From: an uncultured Pseudomonadota bacterium
GTDB lineage: Bacteria > Pseudomonadota > Gammaproteobacteria > Methylococcales > Methylomonadaceae
Assembly (NCBI GenBank): GCA_903928965.1
Contig: CAIYSZ010000028.1
Location: 2,837-66,836 of the forward strand
Reading direction: 5' to 3'
DNA: 64,000 bases
Each line of letters opens with the position of its first letter. Within the stretch, counting starts at the first letter, position 1. Below the pieces are notes generated by a model. That model saw only the letters and a program-made list of their open reading frames with translations. It made no database searches and had not been told where the DNA came from. Made by a program: the position numbers and the translations under genes. Below are positions 21,043 to 30,952 of this stretch, piece after piece.

Positions 21043-22008
21043 ATGATAGTGCAATGCGTGGGGTATCAAAACGGAGTTAGCCTGGGCTCGATTCCGTTGG
21101 ATCAATTGCCGGCGGCGTTGGAACAGCCTGGGGTTTGGGTGTGGTTGGGTTTGTTCGAGCCCGATGCCGCTTTGTTGAAGGATATCAAGCGGATTTTCGA
21201 TTTGCATGAGTTGGCGGTGGAGGATGCGGCTTCCGCGCATCAGCGGCCGAAGATAGAGGAGTACGGCGATTCCTTGTTCCTGGTGTTGCACACCGCCATT
21301 TTGAGCGGCAAGCAGGTCATGTTCGGGGAGACGCATATTTTTTGCGGCCAGCGTTTTATCGTCACGGTGCGGCACGGCGCTTCGCACGGTTTGGGCCGCG
21401 CCCGCGCGCGGTGCGAGGGTATGCCGGCGCAGTTGGCCAAGGGGCCGGGGTTTGCGTTATATTCGATCATGGATTTGATCGTGGATGAGTATATGCCGGT
21501 GTTGGAGGGTTTGCAGCAGCGGTTTGATGTGTTGGAGCTGGCGATTTTTCAGCAGCGTCCGAGCCGGCTGACCTTGGAGGGTTTGTACGAGTTAAAGCGC
21601 GAGTTGTTGCGGCTGCATGCGGCGATTATGCCGCTGGTGGATATTTGCAATGAGTTGATGCGTTTTCATCATGGGTTCATTCATAAAGATGTGCGCGTGT
21701 ATTTCCGCGACATTGCCGATCATATCAAGCGCATTGATCAGGGGATAGATGCCACGCGCGAGATGTTGATCGCGGCGATGCAAGTGCATTTGACGTTTGA
21801 GACGGTCAGGCAGAACGAGGTGGTAAAAGGTTTGGCCGGCTGGGGCGCGATTTTGGCGATTCCGACCATGGTGTTTAGTTGGTATGGCATGAATTTTAAG
21901 GATATGCCGGAGTTGAATTGGCCGTATAGTTATCCTGTGGTGATGGGTTTGGTCATCGTCGGCAGTTTGTTGTTGTATCGGCGCTTGAAGCGGTTGGGGT
22001 GGATTTAG
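21043..22008 (+). CDS. corA: Magnesium/cobalt transporter CorA family
   Basis: LHELAVED, HQRPKIEEY, YGMNF signature, two C-terminal TM helices. Confidence 0.93.
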   Translation: MIVQCVGYQNGVSLGSIPLDQLPAALEQPGVWVWLGLFEPDAALLKDIKRIFDLHELAVEDAASAHQRPKIEEYGDSLFLVLHTAILSGKQVMFGETHIFCGQRFIVTVRHGASHGLGRARARCEGMPAQLAKGPGFALYSIMDLIVDEYMPVLEGLQQRFDVLELAIFQQRPSRLTLEGLYELKRELLRLHAAIMPLVDICNELMRFHHGFIHKDVRVYFRDIADHIKRIDQGIDATREMLIAAMQVHLTFETVRQNEVVKGLAGWGAILAIPTMVFSWYGMNFKDMPELNWPYSYPVVMGLVIVGSLLLYRRLKRLGWI

Positions 22009-22095
22009 TTTGTTGGATAGAGAAGCTTGTCGGATCGCAGTGAACGATTCGGTCGCCGGTTCGCCCGTTCCGGGACGCCGTGAATCCTTCCATAA

Positions 22096-22170
22096 CTAAA
22101 GGTTTGAACTTTTGCTGGCGTATTAAAACATGCGGGCCTAACGGCTGAAGATTTTATAAAAGCGTTGGAT
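22096..22170 (+). pseudogene. HicA toxin C-terminal remnant
   Basis: Manual translation LKV*TFAGVLKHAGLTAEDFIKAL resembles the HicA C-terminus, with an in-frame TGA at a Gly position. Confidence 0.5.
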
Positions 22171-22181
22171 ACAAGAGGGCC

Positions 22182-22212
22182 GTAGGATGTGCCGCACGAA
22201 GTGTGGCGCATC
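22182..22212 (+). repeat. GTAG-type REP element (left copy)
   Basis: GTAGGATGTGCCGCACGAAGTGTGGCGCATC: GTAG foot plus imperfect palindrome; near-identity with the 23393 copy extends over about 60 bp. Confidence 0.85.
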
Positions 22213-22251
22213 GCTCGCGTTATTCTATACGGGGAAGCGGCGGGGTTGGAT

Positions 22252-22563
22252 TTAAATTCCAGTAATCAATAAATCAACAGCCGCCAAAATTTGATCGCGT
22301 AGCGTTTCCAGTTCCGTCACTTTGTCGCCAAGATGATTCGCCGGTATGGCAGCCATTTCCTGAATTTGGAGTATATAGGTCTGTTGCTCCCATTCAAAAA
22401 CCGGGTTTAAATACGTCATCGGTTTTTGATCAACAAGTTTGGTGGCTGGAATGACGAGCCTGGTTTTGAGTGTATCAAGAAAGTTGCTTTGAATGTCTAG
22501 CAAAAATGGATAACGGCCTTGGGTTTCCCGGTTGGTATTGTGGTATAAGTTGAATTGCGTCAT
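22252..22563 (-). CDS. ccdB: CcdB family toxin
   Basis: MTQFNLYHN....YPFLLDIQSNFL..LKTRLVIP...ILAAVDLLITGI; an alternative TTG start lies at 22581. Confidence 0.9.
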   Translation of the reverse strand: MTQFNLYHNTNRETQGRYPFLLDIQSNFLDTLKTRLVIPATKLVDQKPMTYLNPVFEWEQQTYILQIQEMAAIPANHLGDKVTELETLRDQILAAVDLLITGI

Positions 22564-22577
22564 GAAAAGTTTCGCGA

Positions 22578-22823
22578 TCAAAAATTTCGCTGATTATCGC
22601 TAAAACAGCCATCTGCTTCAATGCGCCGATTGTAGTCTGCTATGGATTGCTGATTGTCTTGCAGCCATTGTTGCCGTTGTTTGTCGCGAATGGTTTCTAT
22701 CAAGGCGCGTTCCAGGGTAGCGGATAAATTAATGTTGAGAATTTTGGCTTGATGCAGCAATTCGCTGTTAACACTGAGGTTGGCGGATTTTTTGGGGGCA
22801 TTGGGATGGTAGGCGGTTTGCAT
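22578..22823 (-). CDS. ccdA: CcdA family antitoxin
   Basis: KKSANLSVNSELL..AK.LNINLSATLERAL...WL.DN...I.DYN.RIE..G.FSD. Confidence 0.92.
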   Translation of the reverse strand: MQTAYHPNAPKKSANLSVNSELLHQAKILNINLSATLERALIETIRDKQRQQWLQDNQQSIADYNRRIEADGCFSDNQRNF

Positions 22824-22899
22824 GGTTGGTTCCTGCGTATTGTTTGTGCGCAGTGATTATACGCGTAAGAATGGCATGGCCAAGAAAATTTTTGCTAAC

Positions 22900-23115
22900 G
22901 GCACCAGATGTTGGTTGAGGTTTGAGAACAGGATGTTGCCCATGTTCAAGCCACTACGACATTTTGAGTTCCAATAAACTCTGATTCCAATACGAGTTCT
23001 CCGTCCTCAAGCAACATTGCAACGACTTCTTTCAGATTTATATTCAGTTCATCCAATGATTCGGCTTAGGCTATGCGCGCCAGGAAATCCGGGTATAAAG
23101 CTGACATAAGTACAT
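22900..23115 (-). pseudogene. Decayed hicB plus 5' stub of hicA
   Basis: Two frames join as YVSFIPGFPGAHS / AESLDELNINLKEVVAMLLEDGELVLESEFIGTQNVVVA* (HicB; +1 frameshift, stop at 22946). ATG at 22943 then gives MGNI / VLKPQ (HicA start, frameshifted and truncated). Confidence 0.7.
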
Positions 23116-23392
23116 ATGCATAAATTTTCCGGTATTCGCGCCTATAAAAATAAATGGCTTATGATTCTGTAATGCCTCATTTATTAGGCATAAATACTTA
23201 TATTCCTGTTTCGGGGTATTTTTCAATGATCGCTGTGTACATTTTTTGTTGGTTTGGCCTTTTATGAGAAATTGGTTTTAGGTTTTTTATTTTCAGGCTG
23301 TTTTCAGTGAATAGCAGCATGATGTCGTCCTTAATTTTTGAATGACTGGTTTAATTCTTTGATGAGTTAATCTCGTAGTCTCGGTTAGGGCC

Positions 23393-23423
23393 GTAGGATG
23401 TGCCGCACGAAGTGTGGCGCATC
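23393..23423 (+). repeat. GTAG-type REP element (right copy)
   Basis: Identical 31-bp core to 22182..22212, same orientation. Confidence 0.85.
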
Positions 23424-23613
23424 ATTCGCGTTATTCTATACCGGGAATATCCAAAGGAACTGAAGTCCCCCAATTTTTTGGATAAATACCTCGTTGCACA
23501 TATTATTACTGTACCGCATACACTTCCTATAGGGCTATGGGCGGTATCAGATTTTGCGACGGGATAAGTCGCTGGGTTCAACCGCCGGATGCGGAGAAGC
23601 GTTACAGCCGGGA

Positions 23614-25218
23614 TTAAAAATCGTAGACGACTCTAAAGTCTATACGTTGCTGCCCTGGGGCGACGTTGTATTGGCGTGACATGGGGTAGCTCCAGTCGAA
23701 TTCGCCGAGCAGGTGTTTGAACCATTGGGTGCGGAGGCCGGCTCCGACGCTGGATAGCTGTTGGTTGGGTTGGGTGGGGGCGATGGGGGCCATGGTCCAC
23801 AGGTCGGCCCAGTCGACGAAGGCGATGGCGCGCAGGTTTTGGGTGTAGGCGGCGTCGTCGAACAGCAGTTTCGGGCTATGCAGTTCAAAGGATAAATTAA
23901 TGCCTTGGTCGGCCAATACTTGGGTTTGATGATAGCCGCGCACGCTTAAGGGGCCGCCGGCGGAGTATTGTTCGTTGCTGATGAGCCGGTTCAAGCTGCC
24001 TTGGCCCTGGGCGTGAATTTGGAACCGCATGTCTTCGGGCAGGATTTGCAAGTGCCTGAAGTCGCCGGTGAGGTAGACGAAATCCGGAGTCGCGCCGGTG
24101 CGCTTGTTGTTGAATTGGGTGGCGCTGTCGACCAGTCCGCGGATGGAGAAATTCGCAGCCACGTTGAGGGTAGTTGTTCGTTGCTCGGTGCGTAGCGCCC
24201 AATCGTAACCGGTCACAAATTTAAGGTATTGAATGGCGGTGTGGCCGGTGTCTTGACCCTGTAGTTGGGTGGCTTGGTCGAAGCTTTTGTAGTCGATGCC
24301 GAAAGTCAGATTGTTGAGGCCGTCGTTTACCGTCGGCAACGGTTTGACCAGCCGCAGGCCGAAGATGTCGCCGGTACCGACTACCGAGGCGCCGCCGACG
24401 CTGGCGCCAAGCTGGGTGTTGGAGCTGATGCCTACGCCGTAAAACGCCAAGCGGGTGTCGTGCCAATTAGTCGGCATGACATAGGTGCCGGACCAGACGT
24501 CGACTTGATTGGCGTTTTGCGGCGAGGTTTGAAATTGTAATGAGGCGCTATGGTATTTTTGCCACAGGTTGTCGTAGCGCAAGGAGCCGATCAAGCGGGT
24601 GTAATCGGTGCTGCTGGTATTGCGGGTGTTCATTTCCACGCTGCCGTGCAGCGGCAGATCGTCCTTGACTTTAAGTTCCACTTCCATTTGCCCCGGCGTG
24701 GCCCCGGCGCGGAATACCGGAGTAACGCCGCGGTCGGGCGCTTGTTGCGCCAAGGCGGCCATTTGAGTTTGCACGGTGGGCATGTGCGGGGTTTGACCTT
24801 CCGCTAGGGCCGGCACGGCGGCGCGGATTTTGTCCAGATCATAGTAGCGGGAGCCGGTGATGCGCTGGATGGCGATGCGGCCTTCGGTCACTTCGATGCG
24901 CACTTGGTTTTCGTTGACGTCTTGTTCGGGTATGGCGACGATGACGCTGGGATAGCCTGCTTGACGGTAGGCGGTTTCCAGCGCGGCGCGGGCTTGTTCC
25001 ACGTCGTCCACGGTTTTACCCGGTCCGAGAAACGGATATACCGCGCGTTCCAGGGTTTCGTCGTCCAGCAGGGTATTGCCGTCGATTTGAAAATCATACA
25101 GGTCGAAAGCGGGCTTTTCGCCGGCGGCGGCCGGCGGCGTGGCGTCGGCGGCGCGTGCGGCGGACAGGCCGCGGCATAGGGCTAGGACCAAAATCAGAGT
25201 CAGTTTGGCTGAAGTCAT
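23614..25218 (-). CDS. ShlB/FhaC/HecB family two-partner secretion transporter (TpsB)
   Basis: POTRA (IDGNTLL...AYRQAGYP), SVRGY motif, C-terminal beta-barrel ending in F. Confidence 0.9.
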   Translation of the reverse strand: MTSAKLTLILVLALCRGLSAARAADATPPAAAGEKPAFDLYDFQIDGNTLLDDETLERAVYPFLGPGKTVDDVEQARAALETAYRQAGYPSVIVAIPEQDVNENQVRIEVTEGRIAIQRITGSRYYDLDKIRAAVPALAEGQTPHMPTVQTQMAALAQQAPDRGVTPVFRAGATPGQMEVELKVKDDLPLHGSVEMNTRNTSSTDYTRLIGSLRYDNLWQKYHSASLQFQTSPQNANQVDVWSGTYVMPTNWHDTRLAFYGVGISSNTQLGASVGGASVVGTGDIFGLRLVKPLPTVNDGLNNLTFGIDYKSFDQATQLQGQDTGHTAIQYLKFVTGYDWALRTEQRTTTLNVAANFSIRGLVDSATQFNNKRTGATPDFVYLTGDFRHLQILPEDMRFQIHAQGQGSLNRLISNEQYSAGGPLSVRGYHQTQVLADQGINLSFELHSPKLLFDDAAYTQNLRAIAFVDWADLWTMAPIAPTQPNQQLSSVGAGLRTQWFKHLLGEFDWSYPMSRQYNVAPGQQRIDFRVVYDF

Positions 25219-25928
25219 GGCGCGCCCTCGGCTGGCGCGGGCGGTTCGGCGCTGTCGGCCGGGGCGTTTTCCGCGTCGGTTTTGGCTTCCGGCGTCGCTT
25301 GGCTGGCCTGGAACGGGGTGATTTGCAGTTGGTGCAATTGGTAGCGGTAATTTTCGGCTATATTTTGCGTTTCAACTTTGCCTATGCCGGTGAGCGGCTC
25401 CAATTCCAATGCTTGTTGCAACAGGCTTTTGTCGCGGTATTGCCGCACGATGTCTTGGTTCAGCGAGATCAGGCTGTTATTTTGTTCGCTGCATTGGGTA
25501 ATCCATTGTTCGCGTTCCTTGACCGCGGCGACCAGGAGTTGATTGTCGGCGTAAATGGCGTTGGCCTTGGTTACCGTGTCGTTGTGTTTTTGCAATAGTT
25601 TTTGCCGGTTTTCCCGTTCTTGGCCCAGTTGGCTTTCCAGATTGGTTTTTAGAGTCTCCAGGCCGGTTTTGTAACGTTCTACCTCGGCTTGCAAAGGGGC
25701 CAAGGCTTTGACGGCTTCTTCCAGTTGCTTAACCTTGATCTCCAGTTGCAGTTTGTCGTTGCGCAGGCCGTTTCTTTCCGCTTCCAGCGCGGATTTTTCC
25801 TGGCTGAGCTGGCGCACCAGGCCTTGCGCTTTTTTCATGGCCGCGCCGGCGTCGGGGGCTTTGGCGTCGGAAAAAGCCGCGGGCGAAAAGCCGATCAGGC
25901 AAAGAAGGCAATAAGCTTGGGCGCGCAT
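25215..25928 (-). CDS. Periplasmic coiled-coil hypothetical protein
   Basis: Signal peptide and long heptad region; overlaps tpsB by 4 bp. Confidence 0.8.
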   Translation of the reverse strand: MRAQAYCLLCLIGFSPAAFSDAKAPDAGAAMKKAQGLVRQLSQEKSALEAERNGLRNDKLQLEIKVKQLEEAVKALAPLQAEVERYKTGLETLKTNLESQLGQERENRQKLLQKHNDTVTKANAIYADNQLLVAAVKEREQWITQCSEQNNSLISLNQDIVRQYRDKSLLQQALELEPLTGIGKVETQNIAENYRYQLHQLQITPFQASQATPEAKTDAENAPADSAEPPAPAEGAP

Positions 25929-25938
25929 CGGATTCTCT

Positions 25939-27786
25939 TTAGTAGCGGGTGTTCAAGTCCAGGTTCAGGGTGTCGACGGCGTATTTGGGGCCGTCGATGG
26001 CGTCGGAGCTAAACCAGTTCAGGTTGAGCCAGGTGTTTTTCGCCACGCCGTATTGGCCGCCCAAGACCCAACCTTTGGCGTTGGTGCCGCCCAGATGGAA
26101 GATCGAGTCGGTAAACGCGTCTAGCACCGCGTCGCGCTGTATGTAACGGTAGGCGAAGTTGACGCTCCATTGTCCGGAGCGTTGGATTTGCATGGCGCCG
26201 ATATCGAAGCGCAATTGGTAAGCCATGGTGCGCGGGGTAATGCTTTGGTGAAATTCACTTAGGATTTGTTGTTTGTTAAAGCCTAGGTTTTGCGCGTAAT
26301 CGGCGGTGAACATCACATGCTTGTCGCCGAAGGCGGTCCAGTCGTAGATACCGGTGAAGTTCAATATTTTAAAGCCGGAGGCTAGGCCGAACAAGCAGCC
26401 TTTAGGGTCGGAACAAACTTGGCCGCCGCCGGAGTTGCTGTCGGTAATAGCCACCATGGAGTTGCCGCCTTGCAAGAATTGCGGCGCGGTCCAGTCGTTT
26501 TCGTGGCCGTTGCCGTTGGCGCTATTGTAGCGCGCGCTGATGTTTTGGTATTCATAATAGGAGCCGGCGAAGTTGAGCCGCGAGTTCTCGCCGATCAATA
26601 AGTCGGTGCCCAGCTGGCCGGCGTACAGCCATTTGGATTCGCTGGAAAAGTTGACGTTTTGGATCGGGTAGACGCCCAAGGTCAGGAACACGCTGTCCGG
26701 TGATTGCTGGCCTTGGTTGACGCCGTAGCGCGCGGTGGGCAAGGGCGGGCGGTAGCCGAGGATGCGCGCGTCGTTTTGGTTCATGTGGTAGCGGAAGCTG
26801 GTGGTGACGCCCTCGAAGCTCAAGTCCGGGTCGAATACGACGTCGGAAGAGACGAAGGGGTTGATGGTGCGGCCGCCGTAAAAACTAAACCAGTTGACGT
26901 TGTTGGCGTCGTTGTAATCGTATTGGATGAAGGCGCGGTCGATGGCGAATTGATAGCTTTGGCCGGTATTGCCCAAGGTTTGGTCGTTGGATACCGGGCT
27001 GTAGTTATTGCTGGTGGCCAGCCGCACGCCGGTTTTGATGCTGTCGTTGATTTGGGTTTCAAAGCTGAGGCGGAAGCGTTCCCGCAGCAGCATGCCATTT
27101 TTGGTGTTGTTGATATAGGCGTCGGTCAGGTTGCGCGCCAGGGCGTTCTTAAAACCGCCGTCCTGGTTGATTTGCAAATAGTTGAACGGGCCTATGCTGG
27201 GGCCGGTTTGATTGTCGGGAGCGAAGAAGTTGTTGGAGTAGCGCAAACGCATGTCGAAAGTGGGGTTGATGTCGCGCACCCAGTCCGGTAGCGCGCCGGG
27301 TACGCCCCAGCCCTCGTTCTTGGCGTCCTGCTTGACTTCGCTGACGACCTCGCCTTTGAGTTCCTTGCGCAGTTGTTCGCGGATTTCGTTTTTGACGAAT
27401 TCCGGCACATAGCCTACGTGTTTGCTTTTGCCGGCGGCTTCGGCGGCTGCGGAGGCGGCGGGCTTGCCCGCGCCTGTACTCGCGCCGGAGGCTGGATTCG
27501 GCGCGCTAGCGTTGCTGTCGCCGACGTTGGTCCCGCCCGCGCTGCCCGCGCCGGCCTTGGCGGCTGTTTCGGCTTCGGCTTCCGCCGCTTCTTGCTGCGC
27601 GCCGCTGACTAGGCCTTCGCCTTCTTGTTTATTGATGACGCCGCGTTGCACCAGAAGATCGACCAGATTGACGAAGGTGGATTTTTTCACCTTCAGCATT
27701 TCCTCGGCGTGGGCGGGCAGCGCCGCCAAAATTAGGCCGCCGGTTAGCGACAATAGCGTATGGGTAGCGATTCTTGTCATGGTCAA
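25939..27786 (-). CDS. Putative porin family outer-membrane protein
   Basis: Signal peptide; LVDLLVQRGVI, RERFRLSF, PVSNDQTLG, AIDRAFI, DAVLDAFTDSIFHLGGTNAKGW; ends DLNTRY. Confidence 0.85.
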   Translation of the reverse strand: MTMTRIATHTLLSLTGGLILAALPAHAEEMLKVKKSTFVNLVDLLVQRGVINKQEGEGLVSGAQQEAAEAEAETAAKAGAGSAGGTNVGDSNASAPNPASGASTGAGKPAASAAAEAAGKSKHVGYVPEFVKNEIREQLRKELKGEVVSEVKQDAKNEGWGVPGALPDWVRDINPTFDMRLRYSNNFFAPDNQTGPSIGPFNYLQINQDGGFKNALARNLTDAYINNTKNGMLLRERFRLSFETQINDSIKTGVRLATSNNYSPVSNDQTLGNTGQSYQFAIDRAFIQYDYNDANNVNWFSFYGGRTINPFVSSDVVFDPDLSFEGVTTSFRYHMNQNDARILGYRPPLPTARYGVNQGQQSPDSVFLTLGVYPIQNVNFSSESKWLYAGQLGTDLLIGENSRLNFAGSYYEYQNISARYNSANGNGHENDWTAPQFLQGGNSMVAITDSNSGGGQVCSDPKGCLFGLASGFKILNFTGIYDWTAFGDKHVMFTADYAQNLGFNKQQILSEFHQSITPRTMAYQLRFDIGAMQIQRSGQWSVNFAYRYIQRDAVLDAFTDSIFHLGGTNAKGWVLGGQYGVAKNTWLNLNWFSSDAIDGPKYAVDTLNLDLNTRY

Positions 27787-27823
27787 TAGTTGAGTAAGTT
27801 TAATTCCTTTTCACGCCAAGATG

Positions 27824-28495
27824 CTATATCTTGGCGGTTAGCCGCATGCGTATCGGTTGCGGCAAGTTTTCCGGCGGCGTTTTGTCCGCGGGGATTTTTA
27901 AGCGCGCCAATGCCGAGCGCAGCGCTTGGTCCACTTCCGGCTTGCCGCTGCCGGTAGCCAGTTCGGCGCGGCTGATTTGGCCGTTGGCGTCCATCCAGAC
28001 GTCTATGATGGCGGTATAGCCGAATTTCATGGCCGCCGTGTCCGCCAGTAGCGGTTGGATGGCATCTTCGATTTGGCGCTTGACGTGGCCGCCATACCAG
28101 ATGACGGCGTTGCCGCCGCCGCCGCCCAACAGCGAGTGGCCGCCCTTCCGCGCGGCCAGGCCGAAACTGTCCGAGCCGGCCCCGCCTTCCGCGTCCAGGC
28201 CTAGTTCTTCCGCCGGCGGTTCGTTGCTCTCATCCGGCGTCGGTTCGGGCTCCGGCTCCGGTTCGGGCGTTTGCTCCTCCACTTTTTCCTGTTCCGGCTC
28301 CGGTTCCGGCGGCTTGACCTCGGGCGGCGGAGGCGGCGGCGGTTGCAGCATGGTGATTTGTTGCGCCACTTTCTTGGTTTGCGGCGCTTTTTCACTATGA
28401 CTGATCAAATAGGCCACTACGCCGACGATGATCAGCGTCAAAAAGACTCCAATCAGCGCCGGCAGGCGGCGCAGCCATTTAGTTTTTTGTTCCAT
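27824..28495 (-). CDS. TonB/TolA-like energy transducer (TonB C-terminal domain)
   Basis: Single TM anchor, PPPPPP/EPEPEP linker, GSGKPEVDQALRSAL C-terminal domain. Confidence 0.85.
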   Translation of the reverse strand: MEQKTKWLRRLPALIGVFLTLIIVGVVAYLISHSEKAPQTKKVAQQITMLQPPPPPPPEVKPPEPEPEQEKVEEQTPEPEPEPEPTPDESNEPPAEELGLDAEGGAGSDSFGLAARKGGHSLLGGGGGNAVIWYGGHVKRQIEDAIQPLLADTAAMKFGYTAIIDVWMDANGQISRAELATGSGKPEVDQALRSALARLKIPADKTPPENLPQPIRMRLTAKI

Positions 28496-28507
28496 GGGCT
28501 TGTGCGC

Positions 28508-28912
28508 TTACTTAACCAGTTTTTGCGTTACCAAGCCGAGTTGGGAGATTTGCAAGCGGGTGACGATGTCCAGCACTTCTATGACTTTTTGGTATTGCAC
28601 GCTGGCGTCGGCTTTAACCACCACTGGCAGATCGGGTATCGCGGCTTTGTATTGCGCCAGGCGCGTCTCCAGCTCCGTTAGGGTCACCGGATAAGTGTCC
28701 AGGTATATCGTGCCGTCGGGCGTGATGGAGATGGCCTTGGTTTTCGGTTTGGCCAGCGAAGGAGTGCTGCTGGCCTTGGGCAGATTGACGGTAATGCCTT
28801 GTACGGTGGCGGTGGTCATGATGATGAAGATCAACAGCAACACATAGGCCACGTCCAGCATCGGCGTGATGTTGATATCGTCATAGACTTTCTCTTCGGA
28901 TTCGACTTTCAT
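28508..28912 (-). CDS. exbD: ExbD/TolR family protein
   Basis: INITPMLDVAYVLLLIF, VNLPKA, VKADASVQYQKVIEVLD. Confidence 0.9.
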   Translation of the reverse strand: MKVESEEKVYDDINITPMLDVAYVLLLIFIIMTTATVQGITVNLPKASSTPSLAKPKTKAISITPDGTIYLDTYPVTLTELETRLAQYKAAIPDLPVVVKADASVQYQKVIEVLDIVTRLQISQLGLVTQKLVK

Positions 28913-28918
28913 GTTTGA

Positions 28919-30739
28919 TTAATCTCTTTTGCCATTGCCATTGATATATTTGGCGGCGGTGCGCATGGACAGCAAGGCCAGGAATTCGTCCGAGAACACG
29001 CGCATGCCGGCGGTGATGTCCTTGATTTGCGTCAGCAGGTAGTTGTAGGAGAACAGCGCCGGAATAGCCACCGCTAACCCGGCCACGGTGGCCAGCAAGG
29101 CGGCGGCGATGCCGGGCGCGATGGAGTTGATGTTGACGTCGCCGGTGGCGGCGATGGCGGCGAAAGTGATCATAACTCCGACCACGGTGCCGAGCAGGCC
29201 GAGAAACGGGCCGCCGGCGATGGCGATGGTCAGCAACACCATGTTTTTGTTCAGGCGTTGGCTTTCGAGCACGATTTGCGAGTCCAATTTGACGTGCAGG
29301 TAATTCCACGCCTCGGCGGTGATCGGGCTGTCCACGCCGCCTTGCAGTTGTTTCATTTCGTGTATCGCGGTGTGATATAGGTGGTACAAGGTCGAGCTTT
29401 GGAAGTGATCGTGCCTGCCGACCAGGGCGGTGAGGAACTCGGAATCGGACAGTTCCCGCTCCTCGGCGTCTTCTTCTTGATCCAGATCGCCTAAATGACT
29501 GTGGTCCAGTTCGCGGTAGCGGGCCAGAAATAATTTATTGTCCTTGACGATGCGGTTGATGACGATGGTTTTAGTAACCATGACCAGCACCGCGATCACC
29601 AGCATGATGCCGGTGAGGCCGATGATCACCCAGCCGTCGATGGTGACGTTGTGTACGATGACCATGAAATGGCTGTCGCTGCTGGCATTGGTTTCATCCT
29701 CGCCGAAATTCAATACCGCGAAATCCGGGCTTTGGCTGCGGTAGGCCAGCTTCAGCCAGTCTGGGCCGCGGGCGGCGGAGGCAATTTGCACTTCGTCCAA
29801 AAGTCCGGCGAAGTTGGCTCCGATTTCGATTTTGGGGTTGGCGCTGGTCAAATGGATGGCGGTTTGACCAACCGGCGCGCCGTCGAGATAGAGGGTCAGC
29901 CGGTCGGCGGCGGCGGTTAGTGCAACATGCCGCCAAGCGCCGGGGGTTAGCGCGACAGGCGCGGTCTGCTCTCCGTCCCAGCTTGCTTGCAGATTAAGCC
30001 CTTGCAGGGTCAGCGACAGAGTATGCGCGCCGTCGCCGGCGCGCAAAATTTGCGCGGCGGATTGCGCTTGCTCCACCCGCAACCACGCGCTGAAGGTCCA
30101 GCCTTTGTCTGGGGCTAGCGCCAATTGCGGGGCCGGGTTGACGATCACGCCGGCTCCGTTGTTGAATTGCAGCGCCGCGCCTATCCAGCCGCCGGGCGTG
30201 ACTTGCGCGTCGGAACTCGCGGCGTGACTGGCGTAGGCGGTGGCGTCTTGCGGGACGATTTCTCCGTCCTTAAAGTGGTAAACCAGCCCTTGCGCTACGT
30301 CGTACAGGCTTTTGCCGTCCGAGGCGTCGGCGGCATTGGCGTTGCCGTAATACATCCAGAAGCTGTTGGTGTCCGTACCGCCTTGCACTTGTGTTTGTTT
30401 GACCCATACGAAACCGATTTCGTTAATGGCGTCGATGTGTTCGATTTGAAAGGCCAGCGGCGTTTTGTCGTCCTTGAGAAACCGGATGTCGGCCCCGTTT
30501 TCGGCCAGTTCAGCGAAATAACCGAAATTACCGGCATGCAGGCGGATCAGAAGCGGAAAATCGGCGAGCGAGCCCTGGATGTCCGCGCCGGTGGCCGACG
30601 CATCCAAATTGATTTGCCGGCGCGAGCTCCATTCGCCGTTCCACCATGCTTGGGCGTTTAACGAGGTTAATAGCGCGCACAAGCCTATCAGGGAAACCGC
30701 TAGGCGTTTGCAATGGGTATTAGCGTCGATTATTTTCAC
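28919..30739 (-). CDS. exbB: DUF2341 + LamG + ExbB/MotA proton-channel fusion
   Basis: WWNGEWSSRR, LIRLHAGNF...GADIRF (DUF2341), LamG-like middle region, LTIAIAGGPFLGLLGTVVGVMITF...GIAAALLATVAGLAVAIPA. Confidence 0.9.
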   Translation of the reverse strand: MKIIDANTHCKRLAVSLIGLCALLTSLNAQAWWNGEWSSRRQINLDASATGADIQGSLADFPLLIRLHAGNFGYFAELAENGADIRFLKDDKTPLAFQIEHIDAINEIGFVWVKQTQVQGGTDTNSFWMYYGNANAADASDGKSLYDVAQGLVYHFKDGEIVPQDATAYASHAASSDAQVTPGGWIGAALQFNNGAGVIVNPAPQLALAPDKGWTFSAWLRVEQAQSAAQILRAGDGAHTLSLTLQGLNLQASWDGEQTAPVALTPGAWRHVALTAAADRLTLYLDGAPVGQTAIHLTSANPKIEIGANFAGLLDEVQIASAARGPDWLKLAYRSQSPDFAVLNFGEDETNASSDSHFMVIVHNVTIDGWVIIGLTGIMLVIAVLVMVTKTIVINRIVKDNKLFLARYRELDHSHLGDLDQEEDAEERELSDSEFLTALVGRHDHFQSSTLYHLYHTAIHEMKQLQGGVDSPITAEAWNYLHVKLDSQIVLESQRLNKNMVLLTIAIAGGPFLGLLGTVVGVMITFAAIAATGDVNINSIAPGIAAALLATVAGLAVAIPALFSYNYLLTQIKDITAGMRVFSDEFLALLSMRTAAKYINGNGKRD

Positions 30740-30801
30740 AATATCCTAGTGAGGTTAGGGCAAGGTTCGGAAATAGTTTGAGAGCTTGTTTTAAGTAATA
30801 A

Positions 30802-30817
30802 AGCAATAGTTATGCCA
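30802..30817 (-). promoter_or_regulatory. Sigma-54 -24/-12 promoter for the exbB...tpsB operon
   Basis: Minus strand TGGCATAACTATTGCT. Confidence 0.8.
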
Positions 30818-30856
30818 TATAGGCTGTGTCCATATAACAACAACTTGCATGCAAAT

Positions 30857-30915
30857 TGTTGATTGGATGTTGATATATCAGCATGTTGTGTTGATTAGGT
30901 GTTGATATTTGAGCA
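30857..30915. promoter_or_regulatory. Tandem enhancer (UAS) sites
   Basis: TGTTGATT-GGA-TGTTGATATATCAGCA (30857-30883) and TGTTGATT-AGG-TGTTGATATTTGAGCA (30889-30915). Confidence 0.7.
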
Positions 30916-30952
30916 GATGGTTGCTATATACGCGAAAACATATCGCACTTTC

